Shown in pieces: positions 46,991 to 55,447 of a stretch of DNA of 64,000 bases. The notes beneath the pieces were generated by a model. That model did no database searches, was not told the origin of the DNA, and saw only the letters and a list, made by a program, of their open reading frames with translations. A program made the position numbers and the translations under genes. The DNA lies in assembly GCA_965277805.1 (NCBI GenBank), contig OZ255842.1, forward strand, positions 5,440,001 to 5,504,000, given 5' to 3'. Each line of letters begins with the position of its first letter. Positions within the stretch are counted from its first letter, which is position 1. The DNA is from Candidatus Lustribacter sp. (GTDB lineage Bacteria; Vulcanimicrobiota; Vulcanimicrobiia; Vulcanimicrobiales; Vulcanimicrobiaceae).

Positions 46991-48390
46991 GCGAGGGCGG
47001 CGGCGCGCACTTCGCCGCATACCGCACCGGTCGGGAAGATCTTGTCCGGGTTGAACAGCGCTTGCGGATCGAAGACGTTGCGCACGCGGCCCATCGCAGC
47101 GAGGTCGTCGGTGTTGAACACGAGCGAGAGCGAGTCGCGTTTTTCGTGACCGATGCCGTGCTCGCCGCTGATCGTTCCGCCCATCTCGATGCAGGTTGCG
47201 AGGATCTCGGTGCCGGCTTCCACGACCGCGCGGACCGCGCGTTCGTCGCGGCGGTCGAAGCAGAGCAGCGGGTGCAAGTTGCCGTCGCCGGCATGAAAGA
47301 CGTTCCCGACTTGCAAGTCGTACGCGTGCGAGATGCGCTCGATCTCGTGCATCACGGCCGGCAGTTTGGTGCGCGGCACGCACGCATCTTGGATGTAGTA
47401 GTTGGGCGCGATGCGGCCGAGCGCGCCGGCCGCGCCCTTGCGCGAGGCCCACAACGCTTCGCGTTCGGCGGGGTCGGCCGACGAACGCCACGACAGCGCG
47501 CCGTGCTGTTGCGCGATACGCGCGATCGCCGCTTCGCCGGCCGCCATATCGTCGCGCGGTCCCGCGATCTCGACGAGCAGCACCGCGCCCGCGTCCAGCG
47601 GAAAGCCCGCGTGATAGTGCGCTTCGACGGCCGAGGTGATCAGCTTGTCCATGATCTCGAGCGCGGTCGGCACGATGCCGGCCGCGATGATTGCCGAGAC
47701 GGCCTCGGATGCCGACTCGACGTCGGGAAAGGCGGCGAGGCCGACGCGCACGGATTCGGGCAGCGCCATCAGCCGCACGTCGACCGCGGTTACGAGCCCC
47801 AGCGTCCCCTCCGAACCGACGAGCAGCCCGGTTAGGTCGTAGCCCGAGTCGTCTAGCGATGTGTGGTGGATCACACCCTGGCCGTCGACGTACTCGACAC
47901 CCAGCACGTGGTTGGTCGTGGTGCCGTAGGACAGGCAATGCGGACCGCCGGCGTTCGTGCCGACGTTGCCGCCGATCGTCGAGACTTTCTGGCTCGACGG
48001 ATCGGGCGCGTAGAAGATGCCGTGGGTGGCGATGGCGCGCGAGAGGTCCAGGTTGATCAGGCCCGGCTGCACGCGCGCGCGCCGGTTTCGGACGTCGAGT
48101 TCAAGGATGCGGTTCATCCGTACCATCGACATGACGAGCCCACCTTGCGCCGGGATCGCCCCGCCGCACAATCCCGAACCCGCGCCGCGCGGCACGACCG
48201 GTACGCCGCACTCGAAGGCGATGCGCACCGCGAGCGCCGCCTCGCGCACGTCGCGCGGGATCACGGCGACGCTGGGGAGCTGCCCTTCGCTGTACGCGTC
48301 GAACGCGTAGACGGCAAGGTCTTCCCGGGAGCTCCGCACGGTGTCGGGCCCGAGCGCTTCCAGGAGGCGTGAAGCGAGCGACGTCACCAT
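46987..48390 (-). CDS. glcD: Glycolate oxidase subunit GlcD-like FAD-linked oxidase
   Basis: PRGAGSGL.GG, APDPSSQ, GSEGTLG, HAGDGNLHP and GEHGIG motifs. Confidence 0.9.
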   Translation of the reverse strand: MVTSLASRLLEALGPDTVRSSREDLAVYAFDAYSEGQLPSVAVIPRDVREAALAVRIAFECGVPVVPRGAGSGLCGGAIPAQGGLVMSMVRMNRILELDVRNRRARVQPGLINLDLSRAIATHGIFYAPDPSSQKVSTIGGNVGTNAGGPHCLSYGTTTNHVLGVEYVDGQGVIHHTSLDDSGYDLTGLLVGSEGTLGLVTAVDVRLMALPESVRVGLAAFPDVESASEAVSAIIAAGIVPTALEIMDKLITSAVEAHYHAGFPLDAGAVLLVEIAGPRDDMAAGEAAIARIAQQHGALSWRSSADPAEREALWASRKGAAGALGRIAPNYYIQDACVPRTKLPAVMHEIERISHAYDLQVGNVFHAGDGNLHPLLCFDRRDERAVRAVVEAGTEILATCIEMGGTISGEHGIGHEKRDSLSLVFNTDDLAAMGRVRNVFDPQALFNPDKIFPTGAVCGEVRAAALA

Positions 48391-48429
48391 AGTGGCGGGC
48401 TACGAAGGGCGCGCGACTTCTTCCTGGAA

Positions 48430-48963
48430 GTGCGACGCTCGTCCGTGTTCAACATTCGTAGACCCGGCGCCGGAGGCGATGCCGCTCCGTCGTCGTCAAA
48501 GGCCGATCAAAAGCGCGCGAGCTATCGTGCCTCGATCGAATTTCCGATCGTCTACATCGTCGACGGTCGCGAAGGCACGCGCACCGCAAGTGCTAACGAT
48601 CTCAGCGTCGGCGGTCTGCGCTTGCTCGGCGATGAAGACTTCACCAAAGACACGGTGATCGATTTCCGGTTCACGCTGCCGACGGCCGAAGTCAAAGACG
48701 TCTTTCTCGAAAAAGAAGTTACGGAACGCACCGCGTTCGGCGAACGCAAGCGCCGCGTGAAGACGCCGCCGACGCCGTTCGAAGAGTTCGACTTGGCCGG
48801 CAAGATCGTGATCGCGTTCTACAACTTGCGCACGCAGCGCTTCGCGCACGGCGTGCGGTTCCTGAACCTGCCGGATCGGACCGCCGACGAGATCCAGCGC
48901 TTCATCCATCTCTACCAGCTCAAGCAACTGCGCGAGCGAGCGGAACGCGACAACGAGGACTAG
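48430..48963 (+). CDS. PilZ-domain (c-di-GMP receptor) protein
   Basis: RxxxR (QKRASYR) and DxSxGG (NDLSVGG) motifs. Start uncertain. Confidence 0.82.
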   Translation: MRRSSVFNIRRPGAGGDAAPSSSKADQKRASYRASIEFPIVYIVDGREGTRTASANDLSVGGLRLLGDEDFTKDTVIDFRFTLPTAEVKDVFLEKEVTERTAFGERKRRVKTPPTPFEEFDLAGKIVIAFYNLRTQRFAHGVRFLNLPDRTADEIQRFIHLYQLKQLRERAERDNED

Positions 48964-48978
48964 AACGACCGTCTAGCC

Positions 48979-49482
48979 ATGAGCCGTATCATCCGCGCCG
49001 TTTTAGCCGTCGTCGTTATCGCTGTTGTCGTCGGCGGCGTGCTGTACTGGCGCGGCATCATCGGCCGGCCGGCCGCCAAGACGGCGAGCACAACCGCACC
49101 CGGGGCGAAAGCGTCGGGGGCGAAGCCGAGCGCATCAGCGACACCGTTCGTTACGCCCTCAGGCGCTCCGGTCGTCGGCGCCGACCTCGATCCCGCGGCC
49201 ATCGGTCCGTTCGACCTCCGCTTGGAGAAGGTCAATCAAATGGCGCACAAGCGCATCGTCACCAACGCCGAGTATCACGATTCCGATGACGGTACGCGCT
49301 ACTTCGTTGCGATCGTAACCTCGTGCAAAGACCTCAATGCGATCTGGCCGATCGACAAGGGCGTCCTGGCCGAAAAAGTCGAGGGCCCGCTCCGCCTCAA
49401 GAGCGACTTCGCGACGTTCTCGTTCGTGGAATACTTCCAGCAAGGCCAGTGGGGCGTCCAGTCCTGCGAGGGCGTGACGTAG
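48979..49482 (+). CDS. Hypothetical membrane-anchored exported protein
   Basis: N-terminal TM, Ala/Pro/Thr linker and a two-Cys domain. Confidence 0.7.
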   Translation: MSRIIRAVLAVVVIAVVVGGVLYWRGIIGRPAAKTASTTAPGAKASGAKPSASATPFVTPSGAPVVGADLDPAAIGPFDLRLEKVNQMAHKRIVTNAEYHDSDDGTRYFVAIVTSCKDLNAIWPIDKGVLAEKVEGPLRLKSDFATFSFVEYFQQGQWGVQSCEGVT

Positions 49483-49509
49483 CTGTCCCTCGACAAGCTC
49501 GGGATGACA
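49482..49509. repeat. REP-like short palindromic repeat (intergenic copy)
   Basis: GCTGTCCCTCGACAAGCTCGGGATGACA, 25/28 identical to 55124-55151. Confidence 0.75.
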
Positions 49510-49510
49510 T

Positions 49511-50719
49511 TTAGTAAATGAGGTAGCGCGCGCGGATCGTGCGGTAGGCGCTTAGGCCGGACTCCCATGAGGCGACGATGTCGTCGGGTGAGGCGCCGCT
49601 GAGCAGGGCGAGGCGCACGGTGTCGGTGCCCCAGTCGCGATCGAAGTTGGCCGGTTTGCCGATGTGCAGTTTTCCTTGCGCGCGCGCGGCCGCCAGCAGC
49701 TCGACCGCGGTGCGGACATTGGGGAAAACGTGCGGATCGTCGACGTGGATCTGCACGCCGGCCAGCGTTTTGCCAGCCCAGAACCCGCGCTGCGGCACCC
49801 AGTCGAGCGGCTCGAAGCGCGCGCCCGGAATTTGGCGCGCGGTCAGCGTGCGCGCGAAAGCCGCGGCGTTGAATTCGTAACCGCCGGCATATTCGAACGG
49901 GCGATCCGTGCCGACGCCGTTGTTCACGCCGCCCTCGTCGATCAGCCCGGTGGCCAAATAGACGATCGGCGTGAACGCGTACGGCACGTTGGGCGAGGTC
50001 GGCGTCCAGCGCAGGTGCGTGTCGGTCCACAGCATGTCGCGCGACCAGCCGCGGATGGGAACGACGCGCAGCTTCGCGCCGATCCCGAAGTGGCCGTTGA
50101 ACAACTGCGCCAACTCACCGATCGTGCAGCCGTGGCGTTCGGGAATCGGATAGAGTCCGATGAACGATTTGTAGGCGGGGTCGAGTACGGGCCCTTCGAC
50201 GCGCAGACCGCCGATCGGATTCGGCCGGTCGAGCACCCAGATTTCCTTGCCGTACTGTTTCGCCGATTCCATCACGTAGGCGAGCGTCGACATGTACGTA
50301 TACGGGCGCGCGCCGACGTCTTGGATGTCGAACACCAGCACGTCGATGCCATCGAGCATGCGCGCGCTCGGGTGGCGCGTCTCGCCGTAAAGGCTGTAGA
50401 CGGGCAATCCGCTGCGCGGATCGGCGTACGAGGGCACGTAGGTGCCGGCATCGCGGTCGCCGCGCAAGCCGTGCTCCGGCGCGAACAGCGCTTTCACGCG
50501 AATTTGCGGATTCGCGCGCACGGCATCGACGACCGTCGTGCCGTTGGAGAGCACGCCGCTCGCGTTCGTCACGATGCCGATCGTCCGGCCGTTCAGCTCG
50601 CGCCACGTTTCGGCGACGAACACGTCGTCGCCCGGCAACACGTGCGGCTCGGCCGCGCGGGCGACCGTCGGCGTTGCGAGTGCGGCGGCGGAACTTGCGA
50701 TGAACGTGCGGCGATGCAT
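49511..50719 (-). CDS. DUF1343/NamZ exo-beta-N-acetylmuramidase family, Tat-exported
   Basis: MHRRTF Tat signal; LFAPEHG, YSLYG, FDIQDVG, LDRPNP and TSPN motifs. Confidence 0.9.
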   Translation of the reverse strand: MHRRTFIASSAAALATPTVARAAEPHVLPGDDVFVAETWRELNGRTIGIVTNASGVLSNGTTVVDAVRANPQIRVKALFAPEHGLRGDRDAGTYVPSYADPRSGLPVYSLYGETRHPSARMLDGIDVLVFDIQDVGARPYTYMSTLAYVMESAKQYGKEIWVLDRPNPIGGLRVEGPVLDPAYKSFIGLYPIPERHGCTIGELAQLFNGHFGIGAKLRVVPIRGWSRDMLWTDTHLRWTPTSPNVPYAFTPIVYLATGLIDEGGVNNGVGTDRPFEYAGGYEFNAAAFARTLTARQIPGARFEPLDWVPQRGFWAGKTLAGVQIHVDDPHVFPNVRTAVELLAAARAQGKLHIGKPANFDRDWGTDTVRLALLSGASPDDIVASWESGLSAYRTIRARYLIY

Positions 50720-51297
50720 TAGCGGACCCCGATGAACTTGTGCGTTTGTAATGAGAGACGGTACCGGGCGGGTTCGTGTTTGGCGGCCTCGATCGCGAGC
50801 GCGATGTTGGCGGCCTTGTTGCCTTCGGGTTGCAGAAACAGCGGCGTCGCCGGCGGAAATGCCGCGGCCCACGCATGCGGCACGCTGCCGTCCACGATGA
50901 GCTTCGCTTCGTTCGCGCGCGCGGCCATCTTAGGGTGCAGCCGCTCTTTCGGCGACACCGTCAGCCACACGCCGTCGGGCAACGTTACGTCGATCGTGCC
51001 GTTCGATTCGATGTGCACGCGCCGGCCCTCGGCGCGCAGCGCGTCGATTAGCGCAACCGTCGCCGTTTGCGCGAGCGGTTCGCCGCCGGTGATGATCACC
51101 ATCGGACAGTCGCCGCCCTCCGCGCGCACGCGCGCGACGACGTCGTCGACGCTCGCGACGAACTTCAGCGCGTAGTCCGTATCGCAAAAATTGCAGGCGA
51201 GATTGCAGCCGGCTAACCGGACGAACACGGCCGGCGTGCCGGTCCACGTGCCCTCACCCTGTACGGAGTAGAAGATTTCGGCGAGTTGCAGCGTCAC
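50719..51297 (-). CDS. queE: 7-carboxy-7-deazaguanine synthase (radical SAM)
   Basis: EIFYSVQGEG, CNLACNFCDT, TGGEP, VSPK and LSLQTHK motifs. Confidence 0.92.
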   Translation of the reverse strand: MTLQLAEIFYSVQGEGTWTGTPAVFVRLAGCNLACNFCDTDYALKFVASVDDVVARVRAEGGDCPMVIITGGEPLAQTATVALIDALRAEGRRVHIESNGTIDVTLPDGVWLTVSPKERLHPKMAARANEAKLIVDGSVPHAWAAAFPPATPLFLQPEGNKAANIALAIEAAKHEPARYRLSLQTHKFIGVR

Positions 51298-51665
51298 GCG
51301 AGCAGCGGATCGTCCGCGCGCAGCACGGCGCAGGCATTGGCGGTTTCCCACAGCGTCAACTCATTCAGCCCCGGGAGTTCGGGGGCGAGACGGCGCCAGA
51401 TCCAGACCACGATGTTTTCGCTGGTCGGGTTCTCGATCGTATCATTGAGGTGCGTGTGGTCGAGTTTATCGATGACCACCGACCGCACCGTGCGCGCGAG
51501 GTCGTCGAAATCCACCACCATACCGGTGGCCGGCCCGCCGGCCTGCAGCGGGCCCGCGACGCTCACGTCGAGACGGTACGAATGGCCGTGCAGCCGGGAG
51601 CATTTTCCGGCGTGGAACGGCAGCACGTGCGCGGCTTCGAACGCGAATTGTTTGCGGATCAGCAC
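51294..51665 (-). CDS. queD: 6-carboxytetrahydropterin synthase
   Basis: FEAAH, CSRLHGHSY, LDH and NPTSEN motifs. Confidence 0.93.
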   Translation of the reverse strand: MLIRKQFAFEAAHVLPFHAGKCSRLHGHSYRLDVSVAGPLQAGGPATGMVVDFDDLARTVRSVVIDKLDHTHLNDTIENPTSENIVVWIWRRLAPELPGLNELTLWETANACAVLRADDPLLA

Positions 51666-51704
51666 GACATGCGTTTTTCCGTGTCCCGGCGAACGCGGCC
51701 TCCG

Positions 51705-52568
51705 ATGGTAGCCACGAATCGCAAGCGCTTAGTCGAAATGCCGGTCCACGGCGAGGTCGCCGCACCGAGCGTCCCCGGGGCCATCTACGACGTCGGCCAC
51801 GACGGCGTGGCGCGCGTTCTGCCGAGCGTGGGCGGCATCTCGCTCAACGTGCGTGTCGGCGACGGCGCGTTCGCGTTCGTCGGCGACCATATCGAGCCGG
51901 GAGTCAGCACCCGTCATCCCGACGACAAGGTCAACATCGGCTACTGCGTCTACGCGAGCGTGGGCAACCGGGCGACGATCCTCAGCGGAGAGGCTAAGGG
52001 CGAACGCGGGACCGTAACCGGGAAGCACGGCGGGATCGAACACGTGATGATCGATTTCACGCCCGAAATCATGGAGCGCATGGCGCTCGGCGACAAGATC
52101 GCCGTCCGCTCGGTCGGCCTCGGGCTCGAACTCGAAGACGCGGGCGACGTGCGCGTCTTCAACTGCGACCCCGACTTGCTCGAGAAGCTCGTCGTCAAGC
52201 GCGCTGGCGGCAAATTCGAAGTGCCGGTCGCACGGTTCGTGCCGGCCGCGATCATGGGCTCCGGTCTCGGACGCGCCACCGTTGCGCGCGGCGACTACGA
52301 CATCCAGTGCTTCGATCCCGTGATGGTCAAGGAATACGGGCTCGATGAACTCCGCTACGGCGACATCGTGGCGATCGTCGACGCCGATCATAGTTACGGC
52401 CGTATCTATCGTACCGGCGCCGTCAGCATCGGCGTCGTCGCGCACGGTTCGTCCGACATCGCCGGCCACGGACCGGGCGTCACCTCACTGCTCACCTCAC
52501 CGAGCGGTGCGCTCGTGCCCGAACTCGACGCCGGCGCAAACCTCGCGTCGCTTCTCAATCTGCGCTAA
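51705..52568 (+). CDS. DUF4438-family protein
   Basis: VGGISLNVRVGD, DHIEPGVS, GKHGG, MGSGLG, GDYDI and GHGPGVT motifs. Confidence 0.8.
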   Translation: MVATNRKRLVEMPVHGEVAAPSVPGAIYDVGHDGVARVLPSVGGISLNVRVGDGAFAFVGDHIEPGVSTRHPDDKVNIGYCVYASVGNRATILSGEAKGERGTVTGKHGGIEHVMIDFTPEIMERMALGDKIAVRSVGLGLELEDAGDVRVFNCDPDLLEKLVVKRAGGKFEVPVARFVPAAIMGSGLGRATVARGDYDIQCFDPVMVKEYGLDELRYGDIVAIVDADHSYGRIYRTGAVSIGVVAHGSSDIAGHGPGVTSLLTSPSGALVPELDAGANLASLLNLR

Positions 52569-54106
52569 CTCGTTTTGCGCGAGCGCTTGACGTAGAGCGC
52601 GCCCGAACGGTAGTCGAAGAAGAGATCGTAGGCGTGGAGAAGGTCGGTACCGGCGGTTCCGTCGATGTCTTCCGAGCCGAGGTTGGCGTTGGTGACGTCG
52701 ACGACCGGATCCAGCAGCGGCAACGCGGCGATGTCGAACGTCTTCAAGTGCACCGTTTCGGCGGTTCCGGTGCCGCCCAGACCGCGGAATTGCGCGACCT
52801 GCGCCGACGGGTCGATCGGCGCGTCGGCGCGCGAGGCGAAGAGCGGGGTGAACACCGAGCGGTTCGCGCCGGTATCGAGCACGACGCGCCCGGTCACGGC
52901 ATCGGCGCGTGCGCGCACGACGGGCGTACGGTCGTCGAGCGCGATCGGGATCGTCGCTGCATCGGCCGGCGGCTTGAACGTGCCGGGCGCGATGGCGTTG
53001 GCGACGCCATGATCCAGATCGACATGGACGATCGTATCCATGAAGAAATCGAAGCCCAGCAAGCCTGCGATGTGAGTGTGATCGTCGAGATGGAACGGCA
53101 CCGGCACGACGCGCGCGACGACGGAGCGCATCCGTAGCACGCCGACTCCGAGCTGCGGCACGATGCCGGTGGTTTCGGTGAACGTGCCGATCGTCGCACC
53201 GACGCGCGAACCGTACGTCTCGAGGTGCGCGTCGTCGACGATAGATGGATCGATCACGATTCCGGCGGCGCCCGAATCGAGCAAGAAGTCGTAGTCTTTT
53301 AGTCCGATGTGCACTTTGACGACGCACAGCCCGTTGACGACGCGCATCGGCAGATGCATCGTCGTGACGCCGGCCGGAAATTCAACCAGCGTACGGCGGT
53401 TCGGCGGGATATCCACGTCGCGCGGATCAGGGGTGAGGTCGAGCGTGCGCGAGAGGAGCGAGAGATCGCGTTCGTTGCCGTACGAATCGATGCTGCGCAC
53501 GTGCGAGGGTTCGGCGATGCCGTCGAAGGTGCGATAGCCGTCGAACGTCACCGTGAAGCGGCGGCCGCGCTCGACGTATTCGCGCCGCACGACGTTGGCC
53601 GTGCGCTTGTCCAGAAAACGCCACTCGTGACGGCCGCCCGGCGGATTGAGTTCGACGACAAAGGCGTTGAGGGGCACCGATTCGCCGATCAACCGCACGT
53701 CGCGCGGATCGCTGTCGGCGAGCCATGCCGTATCGCTGCGGGCATCGCGGTTTTCATGCACGCCGGCGTACGTGTAGGTGATCCCGTTGCGCGTTTGCTG
53801 CCAGTAGGTGCCGCCGTGGATGCCGGACTCGTAGAAGAAAGGCCCCAGCAGCGTGATGTCGCGCTCGTCACGGCCGAGCCGGAACACGTGATACGTGCCG
53901 GTCATCCGGTCTTGCGTCAAACGCCATTCTTCGATGATCGTTGCAGCGCGCGTGCGCTCGTGATCGTGAGTTTTGGCGTAGAGCGCGCGAACTTGCGCCA
54001 GCGACGTGCTGGTGGCGATCAGTCCGCCCGGCGGCTCGTCGACGGCTGCAGACGCGCTGCCGGCCGTCAGTGCGGCGAACGCGAGCACGCAGATGAGGGT
54101 GCGCAT
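52565..54106 (-). CDS. Secreted protein with two retropepsin-like aspartyl protease domains
   Basis: Signal peptide; FLLDSGA...GLLG and VLDTGA...GTAG motifs. Confidence 0.85.
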   Translation of the reverse strand: MRTLICVLAFAALTAGSASAAVDEPPGGLIATSTSLAQVRALYAKTHDHERTRAATIIEEWRLTQDRMTGTYHVFRLGRDERDITLLGPFFYESGIHGGTYWQQTRNGITYTYAGVHENRDARSDTAWLADSDPRDVRLIGESVPLNAFVVELNPPGGRHEWRFLDKRTANVVRREYVERGRRFTVTFDGYRTFDGIAEPSHVRSIDSYGNERDLSLLSRTLDLTPDPRDVDIPPNRRTLVEFPAGVTTMHLPMRVVNGLCVVKVHIGLKDYDFLLDSGAAGIVIDPSIVDDAHLETYGSRVGATIGTFTETTGIVPQLGVGVLRMRSVVARVVPVPFHLDDHTHIAGLLGFDFFMDTIVHVDLDHGVANAIAPGTFKPPADAATIPIALDDRTPVVRARADAVTGRVVLDTGANRSVFTPLFASRADAPIDPSAQVAQFRGLGGTGTAETVHLKTFDIAALPLLDPVVDVTNANLGSEDIDGTAGTDLLHAYDLFFDYRSGALYVKRSRKTS

Positions 54107-54144
54107 CACGCTAGGACAAACGAAAAAAGTGTTCGCGCGGTTCG

Positions 54145-54828
54145 TCAGAGCGCGCCCGACGGCCCCATCGCTTCGAGGCGCTTCTTCACGTCGGTCAGGA
54201 AGCCGATCGCCACGGCGCCGTCCACCACGCGGTGGTCGAGTGAGAGGCACACGTTCATCATCGAGCGGATCGCGATTGCATCGTTGCGGACAACCGGCCG
54301 CTTGACGACCGATTCCATCGTTACCATGCCCGCTTGGCCCGGCACGAGGATCGGCGCGGAGAGGATCGAGCCCGACGCGCCGTTGTTGTTGACGGTGAAC
54401 GTCCCGCCGCTGAGATCGTCGACGTCGAGCTTGCCGCGCCGGGCCTTGTCGATCAGCGCGCCGGCCGCGAGCGCGATGCCGCGAATCGAGCGTTCTTCCG
54501 TATTGCGCACGACCGGGACGACGAGGCTCCCCTCCGTTGCGGTGGCGATGCCGAGGTTGACATGTTTGTGCACCGCGATGCCGGCTTCATAGAACGACGC
54601 GTTCATCATCGGAAACTTCCGCAGCGCTTCGGTGACCGCGAACATGAAGAACGGCAGCAATGTCAGCTTGACGCCGTGCTCGCGCTCGAACGCATCCTTG
54701 ACGGCGGTGCGCCACGCCCAGAGGTCGGAGACGTCGACTTCGACCATCGTCCACGCGTGCGGCGCCGTCTGCGCCGACTCGACCATGCGCCGCGCGATCA
54801 GCCGGCGCGCCGGTGAGAGCGGGATCAT
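54145..54828 (-). CDS. 2-oxo-acid dehydrogenase E2, catalytic (acyltransferase) portion
   Basis: APHAW, GGTFTVNN.G and SLDHRVVDG; out of frame with the upstream lipoyl part; ATG at 54828. Confidence 0.8.
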   Translation of the reverse strand: MIPLSPARRLIARRMVESAQTAPHAWTMVEVDVSDLWAWRTAVKDAFEREHGVKLTLLPFFMFAVTEALRKFPMMNASFYEAGIAVHKHVNLGIATATEGSLVVPVVRNTEERSIRGIALAAGALIDKARRGKLDVDDLSGGTFTVNNNGASGSILSAPILVPGQAGMVTMESVVKRPVVRNDAIAIRSMMNVCLSLDHRVVDGAVAIGFLTDVKKRLEAMGPSGAL

Positions 54829-54832
54829 CTCG

Positions 54833-55447
54833 CTATCGTCCGCTTGAAGGTGCGCGCTGTGGTGCCACACCGGGTGGCGGTCCCTCGACGATGCGCCCGG
54901 ACGGCGCTGCGCTCGGGATGTCAGGTGGGCGCGGGGCGGTGGCGGCGGCGACGATGTCGGCGGCGGTGACGCGGCCGTTTGCACCGCTGCCGCTTACCGA
55001 TGCGATGTCGACGGCGTGTTCGCGCGCGAGGCGGCGCACGGCCGGTGACACGCGCAAGCCGTTTGCGCTCGCGCCGTTGGTGTAGCCGTTGGTTGGCGGA
55101 GCGGACGGAAGGGTCGTTGGGTGGCTGCCCCTCGACGAGCTCGGGGTGACAACGTCACGCTGCGCCTGCGGTGCGGGCGCCGCTGCGGGCGGTTGCGGTG
55201 CACGAGCGCCTACTTCGTCGATGATGGCGATTGGGGCGCCGGTAGGGACGGTCTCGCCTTCGGCGACGATCAGTTCGCGGATCGTGCCGGCGACCGGTGA
55301 GGGAACGTCGGCGTTGACTTTGTCAGTCGATACCTCGACGAACGCTTCGTATTTCTCGACGTTCTCGCCGGGCTTCTTGAGCCAGCGTGCGACCGTGCCT
55401 TCGGTGACGGTTTCACCGAGTTGCGGCATGCGGATCGTGGTGCTCAA
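54833..55447 (-). CDS. 2-oxo-acid dehydrogenase E2, lipoyl and E3-binding portion (ends at TAG in the linker)
   Basis: MPQLGETVTEG, STDKV lipoyl site, SPAVRRLA..H and GSG.NGRVT..D; TTG start coupled to the E1-beta stop. Confidence 0.8.
   Translation of the reverse strand: MSTTIRMPQLGETVTEGTVARWLKKPGENVEKYEAFVEVSTDKVNADVPSPVAGTIRELIVAEGETVPTGAPIAIIDEVGARAPQPPAAAPAPQAQRDVVTPSSSRGSHPTTLPSAPPTNGYTNGASANGLRVSPAVRRLAREHAVDIASVSGSGANGRVTAADIVAAATAPRPPDIPSAAPSGRIVEGPPPGVAPQRAPSSGR
54881..54923. repeat. REP-like repeat copy with internal hairpin, in the E2 inner linker
   Basis: TCCCTCGACG-[ATGCGCCCGGACGGCGCTGC]-GCTCGGGATGTCA shares both ends with the 49486-49509 copy. Confidence 0.65.
55124..55151. 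repeat. REP-like repeat copy in frame in the E2 outer linker
   Basis: GCTGCCCCTCGACGAGCTCGGGGTGACA; encodes VTPSSSRGS on the minus strand. Confidence 0.75.

Noticed and set aside
50719-51665. queD/queE as part of a 7-deazaguanine DNA-modification (dpd) defence island
   Set aside because: No dpdA/tgt-like, helicase or nuclease genes nearby; context fits housekeeping queuosine synthesis.
51666-51704. preQ1 riboswitch upstream of queD
   Set aside because: The spacer is only about 39 nt and lacks a recognisable preQ1 stem with A-rich tail.
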